A DNA stretch of 41,200 nucleotides from a virus (Duplodnaviria; Caudoviricetes). The position numbers and the translations under genes were made by a program. How positions within the stretch are numbered: position 1 is the first letter of the stretch; every line of letters begins with the position of its first letter. Location of the stretch: the IMG/VR virus record IMGVR_UViG_3300022666_000306, positions 1 to 41,200 of that record; one strand, written 5' to 3'. Shown one piece after another: positions 28,101-37,292 of the stretch. Below the pieces are notes generated by a model. That model was not told where the DNA came from and searched no databases. It saw nothing but the letters and a program-made list of their open reading frames with translations.

Positions 28101-29039
28101 ATGAATAATTGGTTTGAAATATTTAAGGCTGGTAAACATACTTCTGCAAATGGAGTAGCAAAAGATTATACTATCGAGGATTGCCAAAAGATAGTAGATA
28201 ACTACAACACCAATATAGATAAACACGAAGCCCCTATCGTTATTGGCCACCCGAAAGATAATGACCCTGCATTTGGTTGGATTGAAAAATTAAAACTTGT
28301 CGGAGATACAATTCTTGCTAAACCGAAACAAGTAGTAAAAGAATTTGCTGATGCAGTTCAGCAAGGACTTTATAAAAAAAGGAGCATTTCTCTTTATCCT
28401 GATTTAACACTAAGACACGTTGGATTTTTAGGTGCCGTTCCGCCGGCTGTAAAAGGATTAGCAGACCTAAAATTCAAAGACGGTGAAATCCCAGATACTT
28501 TTGAATTCAACGAAGACATCCCCAATTCCGATAAAGCTAAATTATTTAACCAAATTATTGAATTACAAGAAAAAGTGATTTCTGCTAATGAAACTTTATT
28601 AAAATTAAACGACTACGAGAAAGATAATTCGAAGTTGAAAAACGATTTACAGTACGCGGAGACTTCAAGAATTCAAGCAGAGGAAAACCTTAAGGCACTT
28701 AGTCTGAAAATGAGGAAACTTGAGTTCCAACAGTTCTTAAATGAAAAACTTGCTTATGGAACATTAACACCTGCACAATCTGAGAAAGTAAGTTCTTTGT
28801 TAGAGGTGCTCGATAGTATTGATCTGAAAGAAGGAGAAGGTAAGACAATGGTATTTGAGTTCAGTGATGGTAAAAAAGCCAATCCTATTTCTTTATTTAA
28901 GGAATTTATTGAACTTCTTCCAAAGCAGGTGCCGGATACTAATAAAAATGCTGATAAAAATAGTCAAGGTGAAACAGTAGTATTTACTGAAGACATACAA
29001 ATAGCAAATCGAATTGCTGATTCAATAAATAACAAATAA
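28101..29039 (+). CDS. Mu I-like prohead protease / scaffold
   Basis: FEIFKAG, AP.VIGHP, AFGW, YKKRSIS, HVGFLGA.PPAVKGL; ATG 28101 follows a GAGG SD. Confidence 0.9.
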   Translation: MNNWFEIFKAGKHTSANGVAKDYTIEDCQKIVDNYNTNIDKHEAPIVIGHPKDNDPAFGWIEKLKLVGDTILAKPKQVVKEFADAVQQGLYKKRSISLYPDLTLRHVGFLGAVPPAVKGLADLKFKDGEIPDTFEFNEDIPNSDKAKLFNQIIELQEKVISANETLLKLNDYEKDNSKLKNDLQYAETSRIQAEENLKALSLKMRKLEFQQFLNEKLAYGTLTPAQSEKVSSLLEVLDSIDLKEGEGKTMVFEFSDGKKANPISLFKEFIELLPKQVPDTNKNADKNSQGETVVFTEDIQIANRIADSINNK

Positions 29040-29076
29040 TAAACGATTTTTTAATTAATTATTTAAGGAGTATAAA

Positions 29077-29421
29077 ATGATTGAACGTGAAGATAAAACA
29101 ATTGTAAACCTCATAGCAGGTAATTTCCCACGAGTTTTAGTATCTGTAACTTTAGTGGGTAGCGTAGTACCTTACGCAAAAGGAACAGTACTTGGAATAA
29201 TTACTGCTTCTGGTAAGTGTGCGCTTTACAGTGATGAAGCCGAAGATGGCACTGAGGTTGCAAGATATATTCTTGCTGAAGATGTTGCCGCAAGCGAAGA
29301 AGATACAAAAGCTCTTGTTTATGCATCTGGAGAATTCAATGAAGATGCTTTAATCGGCTTAGATAATGCCGCAAAGAAAGACTTTATTGGCACACCGATA
29401 TTTATTAATAAGATTTACTAA
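29077..29421 (+). CDS. Head decoration protein (lambda D-like)
   Basis: GTVLG...DGTE.A..ILAED...SGEFN..AL. Confidence 0.85.
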   Translation: MIEREDKTIVNLIAGNFPRVLVSVTLVGSVVPYAKGTVLGIITASGKCALYSDEAEDGTEVARYILAEDVAASEEDTKALVYASGEFNEDALIGLDNAAKKDFIGTPIFINKIY

Positions 29422-29443
29422 TAGATAACTAAGGAGAAAAAAA

Positions 29444-30484
29444 ATGAGTATTATCCAAACATTTGGCTGGATTGCATTAACAGAAGCAATCAATAAGATA
29501 GTTGCACCAAAAACTTTTATTCTAAATACCTTATTTGCACCAAAGACAAAACAACACGCAACTAAGAAGATCCAGATTGACATTAAAGTTGGCAACAAAA
29601 AATTAGCACCTTTCGTAAAAAGAACGAGTGGTGCTGCTGTTGTTGACAAACAAGGTTTTAAGTCAGAGACTATTGAATTGCCAAAAATTAGAATGAAGAA
29701 GCCTCTGACCGCAGAAGATTTGCTGTTTGAAAGAGGAGTTGGGATGCCAATTTATGTTGGTAGCTCAGGCGATATTAATTCTTTCCGTGAAAGAAAGATT
29801 GCGGAAGAGTTGCAAGATATAAAGGATAGAGCAACAAGAAGAATGGAATGGATGGCGGCTCAATCTTTATCAGGTGTTATCACTGTTTCGCAAGATGATT
29901 TAGAAATAGAATACGACTTTAATATGCCGGAAGCTAATAAACCTGCTTTAACGCTTGGGGCTAAATGGAGCGAAGTTACGACTGCTGACCCAATAGCTAA
30001 TATTAGGACTTGGCAGAGTGTTGTTCAGAATGCAAGAGGATATGTCCCGACAATAGCGTTCGCAAGAACAGAAGTAATTAATTACTTCCTTGCTAATGAA
30101 AGTGTAAGACAATTATTGAATCTTAGAAGCATTGTTGCAGGGAACATCGACACTAACAAAGTAGCAAATGAAACCGGTGCAAAGTATATCGGGAAAGTTG
30201 AAGGCGTTGATATTTTTGAATACAACGAAACTTACACAGACAAAAACGGAGCTACTCAGCCAATGATTCCTGTTGACAGATTTGTTCTCGTTACTCCGCA
30301 AGCTGAGAACCGATTGCACTATGGAGCTATTGAAGACTTAGAAGCTGGACAGAATATTGCTTTACCATATTTTGCTAAAGATTGGATTGAAAAAGACCCG
30401 TCTGTTTTATGGTTATTGGCAGAAACGTCTCCATTGACGGTCCCACACGAACCTGAAACAATTGTGTTTGCAAAAGTCTATTAA
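29444..30484 (+). CDS. Major capsid protein (Phage_cap_E-like)
   Basis: LAPFV, RRMEWMAAQ, W....ADPI; followed by a terminator. Confidence 0.92.
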   Translation: MSIIQTFGWIALTEAINKIVAPKTFILNTLFAPKTKQHATKKIQIDIKVGNKKLAPFVKRTSGAAVVDKQGFKSETIELPKIRMKKPLTAEDLLFERGVGMPIYVGSSGDINSFRERKIAEELQDIKDRATRRMEWMAAQSLSGVITVSQDDLEIEYDFNMPEANKPALTLGAKWSEVTTADPIANIRTWQSVVQNARGYVPTIAFARTEVINYFLANESVRQLLNLRSIVAGNIDTNKVANETGAKYIGKVEGVDIFEYNETYTDKNGATQPMIPVDRFVLVTPQAENRLHYGAIEDLEAGQNIALPYFAKDWIEKDPSVLWLLAETSPLTVPHEPETIVFAKVY

Positions 30485-30508
30485 TCCGCTGTACCAAATG
30501 ACACCTAT

Positions 30509-30538
30509 GTCAGGGAGAGCCACGACTCCCTGACTTTA
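30509..30538 (+). terminator. Intrinsic terminator after capsid gene
   Basis: GTCAGGGAG...CTCCCTGAC then TTTAT. Confidence 0.65.
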
Positions 30539-30569
30539 TAAAACAACATAAAAAGGAGTAGATAATAAA

Positions 30570-30797
30570 ATGGCAAAGAAGAAAAATAAAAGCAAAATTA
30601 ATCCTTCTGATAGCATATTAGTATTAATTGAAGGCAGTGTTTATGATGGCAAGAAATATCTCGTTGGAGAAGTATTACTGCCAAGACAAGAAGCAATGAA
30701 TCTCGTTAAGAGTAAGCACGCCATTATTCTTGATGACGGCGAAGAAATAAATACAACGACAGAAATTCCTGAACACGAAACGCCTACTGAGGAATAA
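30570..30797 (+). CDS. Small hypothetical head-associated protein
   Basis: AAGGAG SD; post-capsid position. Confidence 0.65.
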   Translation: MAKKKNKSKINPSDSILVLIEGSVYDGKKYLVGEVLLPRQEAMNLVKSKHAIILDDGEEINTTTEIPEHETPTEE

Positions 30798-30799
30798 AT

Positions 30800-31279
30800 A
30801 TGCCTTACTCTACATTTGTAGATTTAACAAACGATATTCCTCAAGAGACAATTATTCAACTTACGAATGATGAAGAACGATTGCCTTTATCCGAAGAAAA
30901 CGAAAAGGGTTATGATTTAGAAGACGAAGATGACCCAATAGTTAAACGAATAAATAAAGCTATTGAAGATGCCGACAAGGAAATAGATTCTTACTTGGAC
31001 GGCAACTATGAAGTTCCTTTGAGCCCAGTTCCAAAGAGAATAAATAAATTAAGTCGAACAATAGCCAAGTATAATTTATTTAGTCGTCGGACTTTAGAAA
31101 TGCCTGACAATCTTTTAAGTCAGTATCGAATTGCAATAAAAGATTTAGAAAAAATACAGCAAGGAGTTATTGATATAGGAATAACTAAAGCCGGCAGTGA
31201 TGTTTCGCCTTCTACATACAGAACAAATAAAACAACAGAAGACAGAATATTTAGCAAAGCCGCATTGCGAGGTCTATAG
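30800..31279 (+). CDS. Mu gp36/J-like head-tail adaptor (DUF1320)
   Basis: MPYST..DL, AI.DA..EIDSYL..Y.VPL. Confidence 0.88.
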   Translation: MPYSTFVDLTNDIPQETIIQLTNDEERLPLSEENEKGYDLEDEDDPIVKRINKAIEDADKEIDSYLDGNYEVPLSPVPKRINKLSRTIAKYNLFSRRTLEMPDNLLSQYRIAIKDLEKIQQGVIDIGITKAGSDVSPSTYRTNKTTEDRIFSKAALRGL

Positions 31280-31701
31280 TGAATACTCTCAGAATTAAAA
31301 ATAAGATTTTCAGTAAACTTAAAGAAAAACTAACTTCTATTTCTGTATCTAAAGACATAAAAGATTTACTTACAGGAGCAAAACAAAAAGTAGTAGTGTT
31401 TTATTCTGGAGATAGTGCTACAACCTTTAACGAAACAAATCAAAGATTTAAGGTTGATTATGATTTTCAAATACTGATTGATACGAGAAATCTAAAATCA
31501 GACGATGAAGCTTTAGACTTAAGAGATTCAATAGTAAGTGCGTTACACGGACTAAAAGTAGATGAGATTGATTCGTATGACGAAAGAATATTTTATCAAT
31601 CATCTCGTTTTGAAGAGTTTGCTCCCGATACAGGGATATGGACGCACAAATTAGTATTTAGAATAAAAAGAGATTTATTCATAGCAACGGAGAATCTTTA
31701 A
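31279..31701 (+). CDS. Putative tail terminator (Mu gp37-like)
   Basis: Position after gp36; ALDL.D.I..ALHG pattern. Confidence 0.6.
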   Translation: MNTLRIKNKIFSKLKEKLTSISVSKDIKDLLTGAKQKVVVFYSGDSATTFNETNQRFKVDYDFQILIDTRNLKSDDEALDLRDSIVSALHGLKVDEIDSYDERIFYQSSRFEEFAPDTGIWTHKLVFRIKRDLFIATENL

Positions 31702-32144
31702 TGAATTATTTTTATTTAATTTTTGCCACAATACTAATTGCTGTTTGTAGTGGTTATCAAGAATATCTTAGATGGAAAGAGCAATATGTTGAGACTGATC
31801 CATTAGAAGACAGAAAACTAAACTTATTCTGGCATTATTGGAGAGATATTACCTTTGTGTTTCTTTTAATTGCGGGCTTCGTTCTGGGAAAACTTTGGAT
31901 TGATTTACTAACTTTCATTCACCAGATCATTCTTCTTGCCGTCGTTCAATGGACGATTGCTGACGGAACGCAAAATTTATTAAAGAAAAGAAACTTCTTT
32001 TATCAGAGTTTAGGCACAAGCGGAAGCACTGCAATTACAGAAATATTTAATTGGAAAGTTAAATCTCTTGCGTTGTTATTTGCTATTTGTTTTAAGTATA
32101 TCTATGAAGGATATGCTTTATTAATGAATTATTTAAGTTTATGA
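31701..32144 (+). CDS. Multi-pass membrane protein (lysis region)
   Basis: About four hydrophobic segments. Confidence 0.6.
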   Translation: MNYFYLIFATILIAVCSGYQEYLRWKEQYVETDPLEDRKLNLFWHYWRDITFVFLLIAGFVLGKLWIDLLTFIHQIILLAVVQWTIADGTQNLLKKRNFFYQSLGTSGSTAITEIFNWKVKSLALLFAICFKYIYEGYALLMNYLSL

Positions 32145-32145
32145 G

Positions 32146-32505
32146 ATGGAGCATTTTATTCAACAAAACTCGTTTGCAATACTATCTTCCTTGATACTGC
32201 TTGCTTTCAATCTCGGAGCGATAAGTGTCATTATTAAAGGAAAAGCAAGTAAAGAAGAGGTAAAAGAAATGATATTACAAGAAGTTAGTGATAAAGTTAA
32301 TGAAAGCAGAGCAAAGGAAATTGTTGCGGAAGAAATGAATAATCATATTTCAGTTTGTCCGTTTAGTCAATCAGCAAGAGACAAATTTTTTCCACTCGTT
32401 GATGGAACGGAATTAAAAGCAGATATGAAGAACCTAAAAGAAGATGTTAGAGAAATTAAACAAGACATTAAACATATTCTGGAGCGAGTAAATGAGACAA
32501 GGTAG
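32146..32505 (+). CDS. Membrane-anchored coiled-coil protein (holin/antiholin-like)
   Basis: One N-terminal TM and a C-terminal heptad repeat. Confidence 0.55.
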   Translation: MEHFIQQNSFAILSSLILLAFNLGAISVIIKGKASKEEVKEMILQEVSDKVNESRAKEIVAEEMNNHISVCPFSQSARDKFFPLVDGTELKADMKNLKEDVREIKQDIKHILERVNETR

Positions 32506-32701
32506 TAGAAAATTTTTTGGTTTTATAATTACAATAGTGCTTTTTACTGCAATTCTTTTTTATGCAATTAGTAAAGCAAATAATTTTATTTGTGATGCTA
32601 ATTTTGTATTTCAGTCGGCTATGGCTTATGGAGTAGTAGCGGGATTGTTTTTTGGTTCAAATGTCCTTGAGCATTTTGCAAATAGAAATAAGGTAAGTTA
32701 A
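32492..32701 (+). CDS. Putative holin
   Basis: 69 aa, SRKF, two TMs, basic tail, directly before endolysin. Confidence 0.7.
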   Translation: MRQGSRKFFGFIITIVLFTAILFYAISKANNFICDANFVFQSAMAYGVVAGLFFGSNVLEHFANRNKVS

Positions 32702-32703
32702 TA

Positions 32704-33312
32704 ATGATTATTATTCACAAAGACTTTCCCGAGAATCAGTACTACAAGCAATTGTGCAAGAAGACACAGATTGTTTTACATCATACAGTTAGCTCAACTG
32801 CCACAAGTCCGATAGATTGGTGGAAGCAGACACCGGAAAGAGTAGCAGTACCTTTTGTTGTTGATAAGGACGGAACAATATATCAGATATATGATTCAAT
32901 TTATTGGGCTTATCATATAGGCAAAGGTTCTACCACTCAACAGAATAAACAATCAATAGGAATAGAGATAGTAAATGAAGGAATATTAGTACAAAAGACG
33001 ATTGGTAAGGATAGAAGATTTTTTTGGTTAGATGGTAAACAAGAGTATTTAGGTAAAGTATTTGAAAACTCTTCACTCTGGAGAGGGAGCAGATTTTTTG
33101 CGAGCTACACAAGTAGCCAATATGAAGCAGTTAGAGAATTATTAATTGAATTACGTAAAGAGTTTAATATTCCGAGAAAGGTTATTACGAACTATGAATA
33201 TAATAAAAGCTACTTCGACTTTAACGGTATAGTGAGCCATCACAATCTAAGAGCGGACAAGAGTGATATTAGTATTGCTTTTGATTTTAGAAAGATAGAA
33301 GAAACCGTATGA
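32704..33312 (+). CDS. Endolysin, N-acetylmuramoyl-L-alanine amidase (Amidase_2)
   Basis: IVLHHT, WAYHIG, SIGIEI, SH......D. Confidence 0.9.
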   Translation: MIIIHKDFPENQYYKQLCKKTQIVLHHTVSSTATSPIDWWKQTPERVAVPFVVDKDGTIYQIYDSIYWAYHIGKGSTTQQNKQSIGIEIVNEGILVQKTIGKDRRFFWLDGKQEYLGKVFENSSLWRGSRFFASYTSSQYEAVRELLIELRKEFNIPRKVITNYEYNKSYFDFNGIVSHHNLRADKSDISIAFDFRKIEETV

Positions 33313-33644
33313 AAGAGTTTTTTAACAAGATTAATTTGAACACGCTTTTATTAATTGCAGTCTTAATTGTTAGTTTGCTAAATATTGTAAAAAATAGAGA
33401 TGATTCAGTAAATAAAGAAGATTTACAAACCGTTATCAGTACTCTATCAAATAGGATTGATAGTGTTCAATTAAGTATTACTGTAAAAATAGATTCCATA
33501 AATCGAATTGAGCAACATAAAACATTTATAAAAAATTATTTCGAGCAAAAAGCAAATGAAGTTGACAGTGTTAAGAGTGATAATTATCTCTATGATATTA
33601 TTAGGTTTCAACTGCTCCGTCTTGGCTCAGCAAGATTCAATTAA
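33309..33644 (+). CDS. Putative i-spanin (Rz-like)
   Basis: N-terminal TM plus helical domain after endolysin. Confidence 0.55.
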   Translation: MKEFFNKINLNTLLLIAVLIVSLLNIVKNRDDSVNKEDLQTVISTLSNRIDSVQLSITVKIDSINRIEQHKTFIKNYFEQKANEVDSVKSDNYLYDIIRFQLLRLGSARFN

Positions 33645-33915
33645 CGCATTTAATCTTGTTGAATTAAAAGCAATTTCAAAATTGCTAACTGAAGTTGAAT
33701 ACAGAAGAATGAAAGATTCTTTAAGTAATATAGAAATAAATCACTACAATCAGATCGTAAATTCCTTTATCGCAGAGAGGAATTTATGGGAACAAAAAGA
33801 AGAGCTTTATAAAAAAGTAATCGTCGAAGCTACGCCCAGGTGGTACGAAAAGCCACTATTTATAAGCGGCGTAACAACATTAATAATAACGAGTTTAATT
33901 TTATTAATTAAATAG
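33556..33915 (+). CDS. Putative spanin partner (signal peptide + C-terminal TM)
   Basis: Overlaps previous gene in the +1 frame; signal peptide with Cys20; hydrophobic C-terminus. Confidence 0.5.
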   Translation: MKLTVLRVIIISMILLGFNCSVLAQQDSINAFNLVELKAISKLLTEVEYRRMKDSLSNIEINHYNQIVNSFIAERNLWEQKEELYKKVIVEATPRWYEKPLFISGVTTLIITSLILLIK

Positions 33916-33926
33916 AGAGGAATAAA

Positions 33927-34892
33927 ATGAGTTTCAGTAAACCAGGAATCAGAGGAATTGCAATAGCAGGCATTAATACATTACTATCAACTCCAAGTTA
34001 TCCAATCGCCTTTGGATTGCGACAACCTGCTACCTTAAATCTAAAAGGACACGAAGAGACAATTGACTATCGTGAAAGAAAGCTTCGTAATATGATTAAT
34101 GCAAAACTTGATGCATCAACATATCAAGGAATAACAAACGAAGGCAATATAACTATACTGCAAAATATTTCTCACTTCATTAATTCAGGCGGTTGTGATT
34201 GTCAGTTGATTGGGAACGAATCTGTACTTTCAAATAACAAATATGTTGGCGATGTTTTTAATTTTTGCGGCAATCTTGCTTTTATGGGATTGGGCTATGA
34301 TTTTACTCTATCTCCAAAAGGCAGGGACTTAAAAATACCACTCGAAGTTGCATTACCTTTTGATGTAATGAAATCAATCATTGCTTCTGCGGGAACCAAT
34401 GAGAGTTGTTCTTTCTTAAATACAAATGGAAGCAGCCACGGGTTTGCCGGCATTGATTATACTAAATATGCGTCACCATATTTGACCGCTATTGAATCTC
34501 CAAGTGGAACTGTTTTGTTTCCGATTTCAGAAATCGATGATTGGAGTATTAGTTTCAAAACTAAAAGCGATAAAGCAAAGCTAACAAACAGAGATAAAGT
34601 CAGCTATATTACCGTTTCTATTGAATTAACAACTGGGAACGCAAGTCAGAGTGAAATAATGAAAGTACTTAACAAAGCACAGGAAAGTCAATTACTTCTA
34701 AGGGTAAGTGTTGGGACGATAAGCGAAACGTATCAATTTAATACTGGAGTACTAACACACTCAGATGATTTCGAACTTGCCGATAAAACAAGACAAGGAA
34801 AGATTTCTTTTAGTGCAGATATTCCTTTCCCTGATTTTCATACAGCTTTAACTAATGCTCTTGGCAATAATCGATTAATCTTAAATTTATAA
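33927..34892 (+). CDS. Putative major tail tube protein
   Basis: Strong SD, beta-rich, upstream of chaperone and tape measure; no sheath gene seen. Confidence 0.5.
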   Translation: MSFSKPGIRGIAIAGINTLLSTPSYPIAFGLRQPATLNLKGHEETIDYRERKLRNMINAKLDASTYQGITNEGNITILQNISHFINSGGCDCQLIGNESVLSNNKYVGDVFNFCGNLAFMGLGYDFTLSPKGRDLKIPLEVALPFDVMKSIIASAGTNESCSFLNTNGSSHGFAGIDYTKYASPYLTAIESPSGTVLFPISEIDDWSISFKTKSDKAKLTNRDKVSYITVSIELTTGNASQSEIMKVLNKAQESQLLLRVSVGTISETYQFNTGVLTHSDDFELADKTRQGKISFSADIPFPDFHTALTNALGNNRLILNL

Positions 34893-34903
34893 GGAGTTCT
34901 CTA

Positions 34904-35590
34904 ATGGCAACAAAACAAGATATCGAAGTAACCCTCGGCGAAAGTAGTAAAATAGAATTCAATTATGAAAATGCCAATACAAATGATAAAGTAATGTTTA
35001 TCGTTTATTGTAATGGTTCAGCAGTTATCGTTAAGCAAAGTACTGCTCAAGGCGGACAGTCGGGAGAGATTGACATTGAAAATTCTTCAAAGTATTCAAT
35101 TAATCTCACTTCCGCAGATATTGATAAACTTGAAAATGAAACCGAGATAACACACAAAGTTTTTGTTTGGCAAGGCTTTCCGCAGCAACCATATGACCCG
35201 CTTTTCTTTTATGGTGATGTTACCGTGAATCCAAGACAGGGACAAACTGCACAAACAGTATTTCAGTATTATTCTGAAAGTAAAGTAATTAAAGCAACTG
35301 AAATTAGTAGTGATTGCAAAGCGTGTACTATCCCAGCGGGTTATAAAATACAAAGTATAATAATTCAGGCTCCGGCTGAAGGAAATGACCTTCCTGACGA
35401 TATTAGTATAGGAACAACACCAGAAGGAGTTGAATTAATTGATGGCGCTGATGTTGAAAATGGCTTTGCAGTGCTACAACCAGCTGAATACAATACTTTA
35501 GCAGTAACGAATAAAGACATCTATGTTAGTTCTTCTGCTTGGGACGCCGGAGTTATTACTCTTTATTTTTTAATTACTAAGATTTTTTAA
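34904..35590 (+). CDS. Virion structural protein (BppU/Ig-like N-terminal domain)
   Basis: DIEV..GES...INLTSAD...GDVTVNP pattern plus second beta domain. Confidence 0.5.
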   Translation: MATKQDIEVTLGESSKIEFNYENANTNDKVMFIVYCNGSAVIVKQSTAQGGQSGEIDIENSSKYSINLTSADIDKLENETEITHKVFVWQGFPQQPYDPLFFYGDVTVNPRQGQTAQTVFQYYSESKVIKATEISSDCKACTIPAGYKIQSIIIQAPAEGNDLPDDISIGTTPEGVELIDGADVENGFAVLQPAEYNTLAVTNKDIYVSSSAWDAGVITLYFLITKIF

Positions 35591-35608
35591 TTAAAGAAAG
35601 GAATCGTT

Positions 35609-36706
35609 ATGAAAAAAATATTTTTATTAATCTTGATATTTTGTGCCGTGCTTATAAATGCTCAGCAAATTACGACACGAATGTTTATTCAAATGCTAAA
35701 GAATAATTACTCTAATCTACTAAAAGATGATTACAATACGATTATTGTTTCCCCAAATGGCTTTTACAAAACAATACAATCTGCCATTAATCAAGCAGTG
35801 GCAGGACAGCAAGTAAGAGTTATGCCAGGTGAGTATTCTGAATCTATTACATTAAAAGATAATGTTGAATTGTACTTCGAGAAAGGAGCAAGATTAGTCC
35901 TCAGAGAAGATTCAATCACTTGTGGTGCTGGTAGTAATTTCAAAATTAGTGGTGCCGGCGATTTTATTGTAAGACAGAATAGAGTGAGTACTTCTTATAT
36001 AGTAATTTGTAGAAATAATTTTGAATTTACGGCTAATAAATTCGTGTGCTATGATACAATCTCTCATAATTTATTCTATGGAATAGGTGCTACAAATTAC
36101 ATAAATGTAAAAATATTAGATTCATTGGTCTATACACCAAAAGGAAGTTATCCAAAGGCTTTAGCAAAGATTGAGGGAGCAGCAAATATCAGTATTGAAG
36201 CAAAGAATATTGTCTGTTATGTATTAATTGATTCTTATTATGGAAACACTACAACGATAAAGAATTCCAATATTTATGCCTATAGTTCAGGAGCGAGTTG
36301 GACGCAATTAATTATAGCTACCGGGAGTACTCCTGCATTAAAATATGCACCTCGAATTACAATAGAAAATAGCAAGATTACTTTAGATACGATAATGGTT
36401 TTATTACGGACTAATGATACAGATAATGATTCAGCAAGGTTCTATAATCTTTCTAATGTAAAGGTTTACAGTAATACAAGTGGTAATTTATTCTATAATT
36501 CTTCTTCATCACAACCTTCGTTAGTTTGGTTAAACAATTGTTCTTTTTATAATAAACAAAACGTGAATCTATTTAATGGCGGGAGTAAGATATATTTATA
36601 CTGTTCCGGACACAATGTTTCAAATGTAGAGCTTGGAATTACACCAAAAGTTTATTCCGATAGTATTTATATACGAAGCAATTTTACTTTACCAAATAGA
36701 TGGTAG
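35609..36706 (+). CDS. Right-handed beta-helix (pectin lyase-like) protein with Sec signal peptide
   Basis: MKKIFLLILIFCAVLINA/QQ; YKTIQSAI..A..G..V.V.PG.YSE.I; Asn/Ile-rich repeats. Confidence 0.75.
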   Translation: MKKIFLLILIFCAVLINAQQITTRMFIQMLKNNYSNLLKDDYNTIIVSPNGFYKTIQSAINQAVAGQQVRVMPGEYSESITLKDNVELYFEKGARLVLREDSITCGAGSNFKISGAGDFIVRQNRVSTSYIVICRNNFEFTANKFVCYDTISHNLFYGIGATNYINVKILDSLVYTPKGSYPKALAKIEGAANISIEAKNIVCYVLIDSYYGNTTTIKNSNIYAYSSGASWTQLIIATGSTPALKYAPRITIENSKITLDTIMVLLRTNDTDNDSARFYNLSNVKVYSNTSGNLFYNSSSSQPSLVWLNNCSFYNKQNVNLFNGGSKIYLYCSGHNVSNVELGITPKVYSDSIYIRSNFTLPNRW

Positions 36707-36708
36707 TT

Positions 36709-37140
36709 ATGAATCATAAACAGAAAGAATTTTCATTTATAAATAAAAATGGTAAGGAAGTAAAATTCCTTACCCGCACTTTTACTTTTGAAATAGATGA
36801 GTATTTAAGGGAAAGATTTGGACCAGATTATTCAAGTAAAATAACTTCTGAAAAGAATTATCAAATAGAAATTAGCTTAGAAGATGCTAAAAAGGACTTT
36901 CCTATTCTATTAAATGGCTTTAATGAGAAAGAAATTGACTTAGCGAAACAAAACTATGATGACATTCTAAAAGTGTATGCTTTTTTTTTAATGTACAAAA
37001 ACAATGCAATCTTGAGAGAATTAGAATTCAACAACGAAACGCTTGCTTTAGTTATAGAGCAGACAAAAACGATTTTGAGTTTGATGCCGGAGATTTCCTC
37101 GCAAATAAAGAAACAATTAACAACTACTCAAGGTTTATAG
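36709..37140 (+). CDS. Tail assembly chaperone (G-like)
   Basis: Directly upstream of tape measure; contains a slippery T9A tract. Confidence 0.75.
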   Translation: MNHKQKEFSFINKNGKEVKFLTRTFTFEIDEYLRERFGPDYSSKITSEKNYQIEISLEDAKKDFPILLNGFNEKEIDLAKQNYDDILKVYAFFLMYKNNAILRELEFNNETLALVIEQTKTILSLMPEISSQIKKQLTTTQGL

Positions 37141-37292
37141 TGTGCGGGAAAGACATAAAAACATACGACTATGTAAATAAGAATTATTGTCCTTGTCAGT
37201 TTGCACTGTTTGAAGCATTCTATCTAACCGATAAAATCAACACTGATTTACAAATCGAATTTGAAAGAAAGAAAGTTCAGAGCAATGACTGA
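36987..37292 (+). CDS. -1 frameshift extension of tail chaperone (GT-like)
   Basis: -1 frame open from T TTT TTA (36984-36990) for ~100 codons to TGA 37290-37292, overlapping the tape measure start; no ATG. Confidence 0.8.
   Translation, partial: FNVQKQCNLERIRIQQRNACFSYRADKNDFEFDAGDFLANKETINNYSRFIVCGKDIKTYDYVNKNYCPCQFALFEAFYLTDKINTDLQIEFERKKVQSND

Noticed and set aside
33525-33560. A AAA AAT slippery site fusing the two spanin-like ORFs
   Set aside because: The -1 frame stops within ~8 codons and the downstream ORF is in the +1 frame
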